DNA of 45,384 nt from a virus (lineage: Duplodnaviria > Caudoviricetes), in IMG/VR virus record IMGVR_UViG_3300022745_000005, positions 1 through 45,384 of that record. One strand, 5' to 3'. Position numbers and translations under genes: made by a program. How positions within the stretch are numbered: position 1 is the stretch's first letter; each line of letters opens with the position of its first letter. Under the pieces are notes generated by a model that saw only the letters and a list, made by a program, of their open reading frames with translations, had not been told where the DNA came from and made no database searches. Of the stretch, positions 17,201-26,275 are shown in pieces.

Positions 17201-20200
17201 GGAATAACACGCCAGCCCTGCTGATCTTCGCTTCCTTCGCCTTGCCCTCGAAGCCTGGGAGATCCTTGCCCGTCAGGATGTAGTAGACGTTGTTCACCTG
17301 TTCGGGGGTGGTGAACTTGTAGGTTGATCCGCTGGCCTCCACACTTACGGCTAATTCTTTGGCCTTTTCTTCCCATGCCTTGTGTTTCTTTTGATAGGTT
17401 TCCTGTGCCGTAGCACGCTTGCTAAACTCAATCTTTGAATAGTCGGGGGCCTGTGGTTCTTTGCCTAATTGTTTCGCAATGTCTTGGGTTTTGGACAGTA
17501 CCGCTTCCAGGTCGCGGGCAAACGTCGCTTTTTCCGTTGCGGTCATTCCGACCTTGCCAGCTGGCATGGTGTAATCTTTCTCAGCCCCGCCCATCGTCGA
17601 ACCCTTATAAGGTATCACCTCGTTCGCGGGGTAAGGCTGGCCGTTGACCATTGCCTCCATTTGGCCCGCGTCATTCGTGCGGAAACCGTCAACGATACCG
17701 CGCTGGTAATCACCTGCCGCGATCTGATACCAAACTTCATCACCGACTTTGTACAGCATCCCTGCGGGCGCTTCTGCGTTCTGGTAACGCGGGGTGGGGC
17801 CATCTTTTTCTATCGCTCTCTGGACTAGCTTTTCAAACTCATCCTTGCCGCCGATTTTCTTTACCCTGGCGATCAGCCCTGTGATTAGTTCGTCCTGGGT
17901 TGTGCCTGTCCCAGAAATGGCGAGTATACCTGTTCTGCCTTCATCGATATTGAGAGTCTTGCCATCCTTGACGATGAAAAAATCCATACCTTCGAGCCCT
18001 GGGACAGTCACGGGCTTACCCGCCGCCTTTTCAAATCGGAGGAATGAACCGTCAGGGTTCTGCAAGCGGATGTAGTATTCCTTGCGCACTGGCGTGGCGG
18101 TGGCCTGGGGAATTGCGCGGGGTACTGGCGCGGCGGGAGGTGGCTCAACGGGCGCGGGTTGCGTTTCCACCACCGGCGCGCGTACAGGCTCCGGCGCTTT
18201 CACCTGCGCCATGATGCCATCTATCGCGCCTTCATCTGTCGCGGCGCGTAGCATGGTTGACATGATGTTATAGGGAACGTCGCTTGTACCACTCAACACA
18301 CGCTCAGCCCTGGCGTTGTCACCCATTAGCCGATACCACCAAGACGATAACATGCGGGCCTGGGGTTCGTTTCCTCTGACCTGTGTGTATTGCGCGTCAA
18401 ATCCTGGGTGCGCTTTCTCCCATACCGCCATGTCCTTCGCGTAAAGCTGGATGTAATCGCCTTCGGTCTTTGGCGCAACGCTCGCGGGCTTTGCGTCCCA
18501 GGCGGTTGCGGGCGTGGAGGGCTCGGCCTCTACGGGGGCAGTGATAGGCTCGGGCTGTTTAGAGAGAGTTAGATATGAGTTACCTAACTCGTCCTTCTCC
18601 AATCGTGCCAATCCTTTTCTGACAACGGCCTCTTGTACCCTTCGATAAGCATCAGATACACCGCCAAAAGACTCGGTATATATGTCACCATCACGCAAGG
18701 CGGTAAGTAGCATGTTCTGCCCGTTACCCTTGCCGCGTTGTGCTTCTGGAATGGTAAACGTTGCAACTCTCCGTTGTCCGGTCTTATCCTTAGATACCAT
18801 AAGTTCAGAACCAGGAAGGTCAACGATCTTATAAATCGATACCTCGCCGGCTTTGTTATTCCTGGTATAGGAAGATACGCGATTACTCAGCGCTGTCCCA
18901 ACGGGCGGGGGCGTCTCCCCCCCCATCCACCGCTGTATCATCGCCTCAACTTCCGGCGATACCTTTACATCGATCTGACTGCCCTTGATCTTGCGATACA
19001 CCTGCGTCATCCATTGCTTGATGCGCTCGACTACGCCGTACAGCGTGTGTGTCGGCGGCAGTCCTTCCCGTAGTCCCTTCTCCACGGCGGCAGATAGCAG
19101 CTCGTAAGCCTGCGCGTGTGGGGTGGTGTACTGGCCCTTCTTGCCCGCAAGTGGAACCATGTCCTTGTTCCACGTTTCAGGCAGGTCGATGCCATGATCA
19201 TCCTTCAACCACCGGCGCACCGTAGCCGCGTCATCGACAGTCATGAAGGGGGTGATCGCGTGGGTGACTTCATGCGCAACGGTTGCGACGGCTTCCGTCC
19301 CTGTCTGGTCGTAGATGCGCACCAGGCTGTGCAGGTTGTCAGTGAAGGTGGTCACGCCGGTCACGGTGTCGGCGTGCTGGCGGGTTGCCATATCATCATC
19401 AAGACGGGTGAGGATATCAGGCGTTTCCTTGCCCGTAACAATATCCTGCGCCGTGGATAACAGATTGCGCATCCGGCTTTTGCTGTACCCGTCAAATTCA
19501 TAGGAGGCTAATTGTCTCCCGGTTTTGGGGTCGTCAATCTCAAGCCAACCGCTTTGATGCGAGAACCATTCAGAAAGAAAAGTAGCCTGATCGGCTGTGA
19601 TTGGACCTGAAATCGAGATCATACCAGACGCATAATCAATGCGGATTGCCCCAGACTTCTGCATGAAATCGTGCATGTCTATAAATTCGGGGGGCACTTC
19701 CCGATGATCTACATTCCTTTGCCCGCGCAGATAGTCTGGCTCTCCGGGCTTAGGACGATAACCCGTCTTGGTGGGTTCATACCCAGTTGCATAATGCCTA
19801 CCGGAAAGATCGAGCATCCTTCCACCAGGAGTTACATATCCTGCTTCTCGAATGTCATTGGTCGTCCCGTAGAATTTTCGGGCAATCTGCCATGCCTTCT
19901 GCGCCTCATCGCTTGGGGCATAACTGCTAAATCTATTTAGCCCTTCCTCGCCCCCAAACTGCCCGCCAAACTTCCAGCCTATGTTATTCAGCAGCTCATC
20001 TTTCGCGGCAGGATTGTAATTTTCAGCGATTGAATTTAGGAAGTCGCCCATCGCTTGCGCTTGCTCTGGGTATCTCGCCCGCATCTCACGATTGAAGGCT
20101 TCAATGCCTGCGTCAAACTGGTCGGCGTCTTCGAGTTTCGCGCCCTCGCTGTCAAAGTGATCGGCCATCGCCTCAGCCTGGGAATGGATCTCGTCCACGT

Positions 20201-23200
20201 TGGCAGTACCGGGCATCTCGCTCATGCCCGCTTCAAAGGCGGCCTCCTGAATGTCGGCGGGGGTATGTACTGCACCCGTCTTGGTGTCCACCGCCACAAG
20301 GTCGTTGTGGTTCATGTGCTGGACGATTACATCCACGTTCTCGATGTTGACCACTTCCTCAACGGTTGGCACTTCCCGGCGCGTGGCAGCATCTAGCGCG
20401 GCTTGAGTATCCCCTTTTCCACTAGCAACTGGCGCGGGACCAGCTTCCACGTTGGGGGTAGTATCCCCAGGCGTAACCTCGCGGAACTTGGTGCGGAGTC
20501 TGGCGTCGCCTGCAATTCCGGCTGTGGCTGCGGCGTGGGCTGATTGGTTGGCTGCGTCTGCGTCGGCAAAGGTTGCCCCTGCTCCGACATGGAAGTCATA
20601 TCCGGTGAAGTAGCGTTTATTCCCTGATCCATCATCTACCTCCAACACAAGTTGTTGCATCTTGTTCTTGACCGCGTTCATCATCGTTTCTGCGGTCGTC
20701 GTGTCGCCGTTCACGATCACGGCAAATTCATCGCCCCCATATCGGTAGGCGCGGTTCTCGCCTTCGCCGGATACCAGTTGCGCGGCGACTTTGAGCAAGG
20801 CATCCCCGGCAAGGTGCGATACCTCGTCATTGGTCTGCTTCATGCCCCGAATATCGAACAGAGCGAATGAGTAATCCTTGCCCGGTGTACCCTTCAATCC
20901 AGCCATGTCGATCATAAACGTGTTGCGCGTCTTGAGTCCGGTCAGTACGTCTGTCTCGGCGCTGCGCATCCGTTCAATCACGCGGGCTACGGCTTCTTCA
21001 TGCGTCATGCCCTGGTATTCTGGCTTCTGCAATTCTTCGCCAATGATGCGGCGGGCTTCCAAGTTCGCCGGGCTGCGCCGTTCTACCTGTCCGGCTGGCG
21101 GTTCTGTGGCAACGGGCGGGATTGTTTCCGGTTGTACGGTCTGCGCTGGCGGGTTACTCTCAATGTCTCTCACCGCCTGCTGTGCCTGCGTTTCCCAATT
21201 GCCCGCACCCTTAGCAATGGGCCTGCCGCCCTTGCGTTCGCGCAAGATCGTCTCAATCGCGGTCATTCGCATGACCTGATCCTCAGTCTTGGCCTTGACT
21301 TTGTTCAACGCGTTGTACCTGCGGCTCAGATCGGCTGTCTCCAGCTCGTCATACCTTGCGCCGTTGGTGTTACTGGTCACATTCGCCGCTTCGTCGATGG
21401 TCATCGAGGGCTTTGCGGGCGCGGTGACAGGTTCGGGCCGTGCTTTTGGCGCTTCGCCTGCCTGTGGCGCCTGCGGTGGACGCGTAGGCGGTACTTTGGT
21501 CGGCGGTTTGGTATCTGCTCCCCATCCAGGCGCGTTGTTGTGGCTTGCCGTGGCCTGTTCGGTGATGAAACCACGCTGGATGTTGTCGTAATACCACTTG
21601 TTGATCTGTTCGCGCTCAAATCTCTTGATAAGGTGTAGCGGTTGGCCCTGGGTGTAGCCCCGGATCAACTCCATAGATTGCGCCGGAAGCCATGACTTCA
21701 TTTCAGGGGGTAAACTACCGCCCCGGAAGAAGGTTTGGGCGGCGCCTGCCCGTCTGCGCACTTCGCGAACCGCATCCCGCCAGGCCTGGTACTCGCCTTT
21801 GGGTCGGCCTGTGGTGCGTTCGTACAATCTCGCGCCTAACTCATCGATAATGCCCTGTGCGCGGTCGGCCTCGATGATCGCCTTAGCATAGCGGTCGATG
21901 TTTCGGCGGTTGAGCGCGTCCCACTCGGCTGAACGCGCTTCCTGGGGCATGTCTTTGGGTAATGCGTTCCAGTTCTCGAACTCGTCCCGCACCTGGTCAT
22001 GGAATTCTTTCCATACCCGATGAATACCGGGCTTGTCCACATCAATTCCATTGCCCAGATAGGCGAGCATCGCCGCACTCTCGGCGTCATCCGCGCCTAA
22101 TGCCTGGTAGATGCCCAGCCATTGCGCCGCTTCCTGGTCAAAGAAGGCATTGTATACGCTGTTCTCCTGCGCTTTGAGGTTGGCCCATTTGATTGCCCGC
22201 TCCTGTTCGGTGTACTTGCCGGTTGCTAAGTCCTCAGCAACGGCGGCTGTCCTGTCAAAGTGTCCGTTGGCGGTATCGAAGGCCATCCCGTCTAGCTGAT
22301 CCACGAGGTCTTGTACGCCCTTGACGCCCTCGACGCTGGCTTTTGTCACCACCTTCTCAACTGTTTCACGGGCTTTGCGTATCGTATCCTTGCGGATGGT
22401 GTCGGCTATGTTCTTCTTAGCCTTGCCATACAGCGCGTGAACGTCCTGGGGGGTCTTTGCGGTCTTGAGATCCTTGTCAATCTGCTCCACCAGTCCGGGG
22501 AAGTGGTCGAGCATTTGAATATCGTTCTTGTCCAGCACATCCCGCACGCTGATCTTGTCCACACCATTGAACAAGGCGGCTTCAATCTCTGTCCGGCTGT
22601 GTCCGTTGGCTATCAACTGTTCGATCTTACCCACTAAGTCAGGGTTGATACCGTCCAGGTATAAGGCGAGCTGCGGATGGTTGTCGCGGATGCTATCAAA
22701 GCCGTCGCCTGCCTTCCATAGTCCATCCCAAAAAGGCCTCATTGCGTTGTGATAAGCGACTTCGGAAGCGTTCTTCTCCATCCATTGCGACAACCGCGCG
22801 AAGGCTGTTACCTTGCGGGAGAACTTAGAAAGGTTCTGGTTTGTTTTCGATAACCAATCCTTCCCCTGTCTGGCGTCGCGTATCTCCTGACCTAAACTGT
22901 AACCCTTGCGGCCTTCCTGCACCAGTTTCGCAGCTTCAATCTCGCCGCCTACTTCGCCCTGGTCCGCCGCGCTTGCACCCTTGCGGAACATGCTATCAGG
23001 GAAGCCCATGCGCGTGAACCAGCCGGCCCGTTGTCCTTGCGTGTTGATCGCAAGCAAACCGTCATACAGCAGGTGCATCTCATTCGTCAATCCGTTGGTC
23101 ATCGCAAAGGTGGGGGTATTGAGTAACACCATGCTTTGCGCCGACTTGACGAAATTGGATACCTTCTCGACCCAGCCCATCGGTTTGACGTTGAACCAGT

Positions 23201-25331
23201 CTACCGCCCACTTTTCCAGGCTTTGCGCCAATGCCTCGCCCACGTGCAGCTTGAGAAGTTCCGGCGTGAACGGTGCGCCATCCTTGCCGTAGAACAACTT
23301 GGCGGCTTCACGCAGTGGGTTATTCCCACCCTCGGCGAAGAAGTCCAGTTCTGCACCGGGTAAAATACCCGCGTCCACGTTCTCGCGGATGGTCTGCATC
23401 ACGCCACGATAAGCCCGGTCCAGTTCCGGCGCGCCCTTGGGTTCGGCAAACATGCGGATAACATCGCTCATGGTCACGGGCTTTTCCGGTGTACTCAATG
23501 CCTGCGCCATGCGCTGTATGATCTTGCGCTGCAACACCGTCTGATCGTAGGCGTCCACCACCTTGAGCGGTTCGGAGGCGGCGTCCTTCATCGCTACGGA
23601 AAGGATCGCGCCCTCACTGCTGTCAATGAACTTGGGGTAAGGCGAGCCGTCCATCTGTGCCCGCGCTTCCCCTGGTTTGGTATCGCGCAGACTCGTAAGC
23701 GCCTGCCGGATTGCGCCGGGGGCTGTCTCATCGTTGGGCAGAATCTTGAATAGCTCATCCACCCCGCTAGCCATCTTGTACGCGGCGCTGGTTGCCCTGC
23801 TTTGCGGTGTCATGCCGAACACGCGGTCTAACACACTGGCCTTATTGACCGGACTAAACTCTTTGGGTAGTCCAGCCTCGTCAATGCCCGCGACCATGCG
23901 CAAAATGGGGTGTAACCTGGACGCTTCTTCCACCGGCATTTCACGCACAAGGCGGGCGGTATTCATCAGCCCTTCATGCCCGGATGCGCTCATCGCCATG
24001 GCTTCTTCCAACGGCTTCCAGTTGAGAGCCTTACCCAACTTCCCGAGCGCCGCGACTTCTCCGCCAGGAACAAGATACATCAGGTCGAAGATGCTTTGTC
24101 CTACGAGCTGCTGCACATCGTAACGGATACCCACCTTTGCCCGTATCTCGCTCTCGATTTGCGCAAGGCTTTCCCCCGCGTCAATCCTGCGCCGCGCATC
24201 GGCAAGTAGAAAGGCTGTTGGGCTGGCTTCTTCGGGCGGGGCAATTACGTTATGGGTTGGCCCTACCTTGTTCGCTTCCCATGCGTCGATCTCGTTAGGC
24301 AAAAAGGCGACGCCATAGGTCAGCGCCCCTGCTTTGTAGGCATCGTCAATATGTTGGATGACCTCACCCACCGGACCATACTTCTCGGGATCGCGGATGC
24401 TGTTGAACAATTGGTTCAGCACGCCCATCGATTGCTCGGGGATCATTGCCGACGCACTCAGAATAGGCATGGCCTTTTGCGCCAGGTCGGCAGCCTGCGG
24501 GTTGACAAAGGTTCCATCCGGGTTCTGCTTGAAGGCTTCGCCAAAGATCGAGGCGAACAGCACGCCTATACCAGCACCCATCAAACCGCCCTTTGCCCCT
24601 GCCGCCGCGCCTTCTGCCGCGCCGCTGATAGCGCCCAAGACGCCGCCCTGAATTCCCGACTGCGCGGTCATCTGTCCACCGGGGAGGGATTGGATCGCCT
24701 TTTGCCACCACTCCAACTTATCCCATTCCGGGGCAGGCACGCCCGCTACCATATCAGCCTTCGGTGCGTTCACATCGCTAGGCGGTTGGTAGGTTTGGGC
24801 CTGCGTCTGCTGCGCACGTGCCACCTGGAAATCGAGGTAGTCGGCGGGAACCAGTACATTCCCGCCCTGTTTTGCCATCTCCGCAAGCGCATCCCGCCCG
24901 TAGGCAGATAACGCCTGATCCTCTGGAATTGGATACAGTACGTTATCCGGGCCGGCCTTGGGTGCGCCTTGCGCCGCTATGCTCTGGCTGGTCTGGGTTG
25001 GGTCTTCACCAAATATCAATTGGCTGGTGAACTGACCCATCGGAACAACGGGGTTATCCTTCTGGACATACTCCTTGGGGAGATAACTCAGGTGTTCGGC
25101 GAGGTTAGGGTCAGGGTAATTCCACTGCCGGGTATTGACGTCGGGACGGTTGAGATAGTTGATCGCCGCGCCGCTTTGAGGGCTCATGCCTGCGGGTAAG
25201 TGGCTCCAAGTGCGGAGTAGGGTATCGTTTGTTTGCGCTCCCCATCCAGTCGGACGCACAGCCCAACTCTTGCGGGCCATGTCGTCATACCATGCCTTGC
25301 TATAGGGTTCGATGGCAGGTGCGTTGCTCAA
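14229..25331 (-). CDS. Giant polyvalent, probably ejected, virion protein (3,700 aa) with GGDEF, zincin HExxH, GNAT and ART-like domains
   Basis: TTG start with GGAGG RBS; lies between portal and scaffold; motifs RYGGDEF, AHEVTH, QRGKGNG and F..WFGDSKVVDENG.PLVVYHGT. Confidence 0.85.
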   Translation of the reverse strand: MSNAPAIEPYSKAWYDDMARKSWAVRPTGWGAQTNDTLLRTWSHLPAGMSPQSGAAINYLNRPDVNTRQWNYPDPNLAEHLSYLPKEYVQKDNPVVPMGQFTSQLIFGEDPTQTSQSIAAQGAPKAGPDNVLYPIPEDQALSAYGRDALAEMAKQGGNVLVPADYLDFQVARAQQTQAQTYQPPSDVNAPKADMVAGVPAPEWDKLEWWQKAIQSLPGGQMTAQSGIQGGVLGAISGAAEGAAAGAKGGLMGAGIGVLFASIFGEAFKQNPDGTFVNPQAADLAQKAMPILSASAMIPEQSMGVLNQLFNSIRDPEKYGPVGEVIQHIDDAYKAGALTYGVAFLPNEIDAWEANKVGPTHNVIAPPEEASPTAFLLADARRRIDAGESLAQIESEIRAKVGIRYDVQQLVGQSIFDLMYLVPGGEVAALGKLGKALNWKPLEEAMAMSASGHEGLMNTARLVREMPVEEASRLHPILRMVAGIDEAGLPKEFSPVNKASVLDRVFGMTPQSRATSAAYKMASGVDELFKILPNDETAPGAIRQALTSLRDTKPGEARAQMDGSPYPKFIDSSEGAILSVAMKDAASEPLKVVDAYDQTVLQRKIIQRMAQALSTPEKPVTMSDVIRMFAEPKGAPELDRAYRGVMQTIRENVDAGILPGAELDFFAEGGNNPLREAAKLFYGKDGAPFTPELLKLHVGEALAQSLEKWAVDWFNVKPMGWVEKVSNFVKSAQSMVLLNTPTFAMTNGLTNEMHLLYDGLLAINTQGQRAGWFTRMGFPDSMFRKGASAADQGEVGGEIEAAKLVQEGRKGYSLGQEIRDARQGKDWLSKTNQNLSKFSRKVTAFARLSQWMEKNASEVAYHNAMRPFWDGLWKAGDGFDSIRDNHPQLALYLDGINPDLVGKIEQLIANGHSRTEIEAALFNGVDKISVRDVLDKNDIQMLDHFPGLVEQIDKDLKTAKTPQDVHALYGKAKKNIADTIRKDTIRKARETVEKVVTKASVEGVKGVQDLVDQLDGMAFDTANGHFDRTAAVAEDLATGKYTEQERAIKWANLKAQENSVYNAFFDQEAAQWLGIYQALGADDAESAAMLAYLGNGIDVDKPGIHRVWKEFHDQVRDEFENWNALPKDMPQEARSAEWDALNRRNIDRYAKAIIEADRAQGIIDELGARLYERTTGRPKGEYQAWRDAVREVRRRAGAAQTFFRGGSLPPEMKSWLPAQSMELIRGYTQGQPLHLIKRFEREQINKWYYDNIQRGFITEQATASHNNAPGWGADTKPPTKVPPTRPPQAPQAGEAPKARPEPVTAPAKPSMTIDEAANVTSNTNGARYDELETADLSRRYNALNKVKAKTEDQVMRMTAIETILRERKGGRPIAKGAGNWETQAQQAVRDIESNPPAQTVQPETIPPVATEPPAGQVERRSPANLEARRIIGEELQKPEYQGMTHEEAVARVIERMRSAETDVLTGLKTRNTFMIDMAGLKGTPGKDYSFALFDIRGMKQTNDEVSHLAGDALLKVAAQLVSGEGENRAYRYGGDEFAVIVNGDTTTAETMMNAVKNKMQQLVLEVDDGSGNKRYFTGYDFHVGAGATFADADAANQSAHAAATAGIAGDARLRTKFREVTPGDTTPNVEAGPAPVASGKGDTQAALDAATRREVPTVEEVVNIENVDVIVQHMNHNDLVAVDTKTGAVHTPADIQEAAFEAGMSEMPGTANVDEIHSQAEAMADHFDSEGAKLEDADQFDAGIEAFNREMRARYPEQAQAMGDFLNSIAENYNPAAKDELLNNIGWKFGGQFGGEEGLNRFSSYAPSDEAQKAWQIARKFYGTTNDIREAGYVTPGGRMLDLSGRHYATGYEPTKTGYRPKPGEPDYLRGQRNVDHREVPPEFIDMHDFMQKSGAIRIDYASGMISISGPITADQATFLSEWFSHQSGWLEIDDPKTGRQLASYEFDGYSKSRMRNLLSTAQDIVTGKETPDILTRLDDDMATRQHADTVTGVTTFTDNLHSLVRIYDQTGTEAVATVAHEVTHAITPFMTVDDAATVRRWLKDDHGIDLPETWNKDMVPLAGKKGQYTTPHAQAYELLSAAVEKGLREGLPPTHTLYGVVERIKQWMTQVYRKIKGSQIDVKVSPEVEAMIQRWMGGETPPPVGTALSNRVSSYTRNNKAGEVSIYKIVDLPGSELMVSKDKTGQRRVATFTIPEAQRGKGNGQNMLLTALRDGDIYTESFGGVSDAYRRVQEAVVRKGLARLEKDELGNSYLTLSKQPEPITAPVEAEPSTPATAWDAKPASVAPKTEGDYIQLYAKDMAVWEKAHPGFDAQYTQVRGNEPQARMLSSWWYRLMGDNARAERVLSGTSDVPYNIMSTMLRAATDEGAIDGIMAQVKAPEPVRAPVVETQPAPVEPPPAAPVPRAIPQATATPVRKEYYIRLQNPDGSFLRFEKAAGKPVTVPGLEGMDFFIVKDGKTLNIDEGRTGILAISGTGTTQDELITGLIARVKKIGGKDEFEKLVQRAIEKDGPTPRYQNAEAPAGMLYKVGDEVWYQIAAGDYQRGIVDGFRTNDAGQMEAMVNGQPYPANEVIPYKGSTMGGAEKDYTMPAGKVGMTATEKATFARDLEAVLSKTQDIAKQLGKEPQAPDYSKIEFSKRATAQETYQKKHKAWEEKAKELAVSVEASGSTYKFTTPEQVNNVYYILTGKDLPGFEGKAKEAKISRAGVLFRTTSPETPAFREWFGDSKVVDENGGPLVVYHGTAGNQFDAFKVSRSDIGIHFGTSGQANDRIEFKTGIGSSQPEGVRLLPAYLSIKNPLRLDDLGSWSVENIAWGVKDVLGEEAYRDILRMKSTSQARKYLQDLGYDGIVYKNTAESEGGSAKFQEWRKANDEFMRSKGGSKNSVSIQEQKLPGYAEQQRLYRAWQDHMAANSEDSYIAFSPDQIKSTFNRGTFDPNDPNILMRKTKKPVENNAAANLPLGTAEQMSGPPTQDATFEAYQKHILPALDKAEQAHADAITRPTKFQFGDLSGDGQRELKRYLGTVYSQMADAKLATLRYGTARRDFALLPYEQRYGFDTGLMAAMPYEFWYTRSMVNWALRFIDKPYILSNYFKLQGFLNQQQDKGYPTRLKKKAMIPLPFLPDWMGEGIFFDPQRAMFPFLQLANPLDQFYSQTNQENKSAEGLLAKMARSGEITDAEYKDALAKHSGIVWNQALAQARQDVDGNIKNPIDFASAVSGMSLPLNLAYKFVTGRQDEIGMTPFAKMIQANTAAAGIGGPRGFNIEEPLRRAAGQPPIDRFEDYRVDRVLSNMAAEGIISADEASRAMIDRTGPAFTQAQQRVSQMGLWQYWGAPLGVDFFPEGEQEQRQLQKEYNRARDKWIAGDKQAFTKFFDTYPEYQARMDSLQKDPQQRLKQYLISEVWDNYMKLPDLYKRQMRDQLGEQFTDAFLSKDTRSYDSIDAQTLAQWAQAMGGNNPDMAPDAPKLNPKLASKEDAAIVQQYYDEQKKYFPNVNSVLSGYMNLPQEQQAQVRKQFPQIDKYYSWKNLFLAQHPKAIPWITSEQSELYGLPAATQQKVYAYRALKDDTFPGLSAAEETYYSYAKGSPQRSAFLKTQEGSMLKKYWDWQRTYAAANPDIASFVLSDARLSGAIAGTSYQRPITVDLNQFSAATQAQLQAIRYAGETIRPGAYSELQSWWEKNGKIGGDFKAFMKLIYDQMGAQ
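16500..17200 (-). other. ADP-ribosyltransferase-like domain (ART-PolyVal type) within the giant protein
   Basis: PAFREWFGDSKVVDENGGPLVVYHGT, GIHFG, AYLSIKNPL, GYDGIVY, YIAFSPDQIKS..N.GTFD. Confidence 0.75.
18580..18850 (-). other. GNAT acetyltransferase-like domain within the giant protein
   Basis: VATFTIPEAQRGKGNGQNML fits the acetyl-CoA motif A (Q/RxxGxG). Confidence 0.65.
18920..19380 (-). other. Zincin metallopeptidase-like domain within the giant protein
   Basis: TVAHEVTHA (HExxH at 19260-19274), downstream YELLS..VE helix and RIKQWM.QVY. Confidence 0.65.
20530..20960 (-). other. GGDEF diguanylate cyclase domain within the giant protein
   Basis: TDVLTGL, FDIRGMKQTND, SHLAGDALL and YRYGGDEFAVI (GGDEF codons 20724-20738), in canonical order and spacing. 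Confidence 0.92.
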
Positions 25332-25334
25332 GGA

Positions 25335-26084
25335 TTAGCCTCCGTAGCCTCTCCAATTGGTCAGGTTGATAAGCCATTGCGGGCGTGCGCCGCCACCACC
25401 GCCGCCGCCACCCCAGCCCCAACCGTAGCCGTAGCCATCACCGGCGGGGGCGGGGGGTGTATAGGGCTTGGTTGGATCGCCTCCAATCGCGCCGTAAGGC
25501 ATGGAGTAATACGGCGCGGGGAAGTCGCGCAAGTTGCTCGCTGTTTCATAACGAGGGTTGACCTGGTTGATCTTCTGGGGAATGACGCGCCCCTGTCCAT
25601 CCAGCTTGACCTGTGGGGGGAGCCAGGTCGAGGGCGTGCCGGGGGTGGTTACGCTTGGGGTTTGCGCGGATGTGCGGTACTGCGTAGGCGGCATGTAGGT
25701 ATAGGGCTGGATGGTTTGCGCGGCAATGTTAGCCGCATTGGCAAATACCTGCTGCCCTGGGTTGTATTGCGGTCCGGTACTCTGCGGCCCGCTCATCAGG
25801 CGGTTGTAGTCGATGATGTTCGGGTTCTGAGGTGGAAGATAGGCAGGCTGGAGGCCGGGAAACATCCGCGCGCGCCACTGACTGTAACTGGTGATCTGCG
25901 GTTGGATGGGAATAACCTTGACATTGTTTCGGTCAGCCTGGGGTGTCTGATCGTAGGCGTTGACACTATTCACCGAAGGCGTGAACGTTACCACGGGCTT
26001 TGTAGGCTGTGGCTTGGCTGGTGCAGGGTTGGTCGGCATCAAGGTGACAGGGTCAATCGTGGGTGAACTAAACTTTACGGCCAT
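25335..26084 (-). CDS. P/Q/Y/G-rich low-complexity protein; putative internal/ejection protein
   Basis: GGAGG RBS before MAVKFSSP; lies between portal and giant protein. Confidence 0.6.
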   Translation of the reverse strand: MAVKFSSPTIDPVTLMPTNPAPAKPQPTKPVVTFTPSVNSVNAYDQTPQADRNNVKVIPIQPQITSYSQWRARMFPGLQPAYLPPQNPNIIDYNRLMSGPQSTGPQYNPGQQVFANAANIAAQTIQPYTYMPPTQYRTSAQTPSVTTPGTPSTWLPPQVKLDGQGRVIPQKINQVNPRYETASNLRDFPAPYYSMPYGAIGGDPTKPYTPPAPAGDGYGYGWGWGGGGGGGGARPQWLINLTNWRGYGG

Positions 26085-26274
26085 ATTTATCCTCCATCTG
26101 CTTCCGTGTTTCGGCTGGAAGCCCTGCCTTGATCTCATCCGGTAAACTCTGCCACATCTGCCCGATCTGACTTTTCATCAGCGGGAAGTTGAATTCATCA
26201 TTGAAACGCGCCTGCATCTTTTGCGCTTCCTGCTTTGCCGATAACATTGCATCTTGAAAGTCAAGAACGTTCAT
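26068..26274 (-). CDS. Small helical hypothetical protein (68 aa)
   Basis: AAGGAGG RBS before MNVLDFQ. Confidence 0.65.
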   Translation of the reverse strand: MNVLDFQDAMLSAKQEAQKMQARFNDEFNFPLMKSQIGQMWQSLPDEIKAGLPAETRKQMEDKYGRKV

Positions 26275-26275
26275 G

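Noticed and set aside
14229-25331. Giant gene as a tape measure protein or virion RNA polymerase
   Set aside because: No tape-measure context (no tail tube or chaperones) and no recognisable RNA polymerase motifs; the domain content fits a polyvalent protein
25233-26066. Long opposite-strand ORFs (also 7540-8205, 10899-11594, 24252-24911, 1555-2160, 44210-44818)
   Set aside because: They shadow well-supported genes in GC-rich DNA and show no motifs or clear RBS
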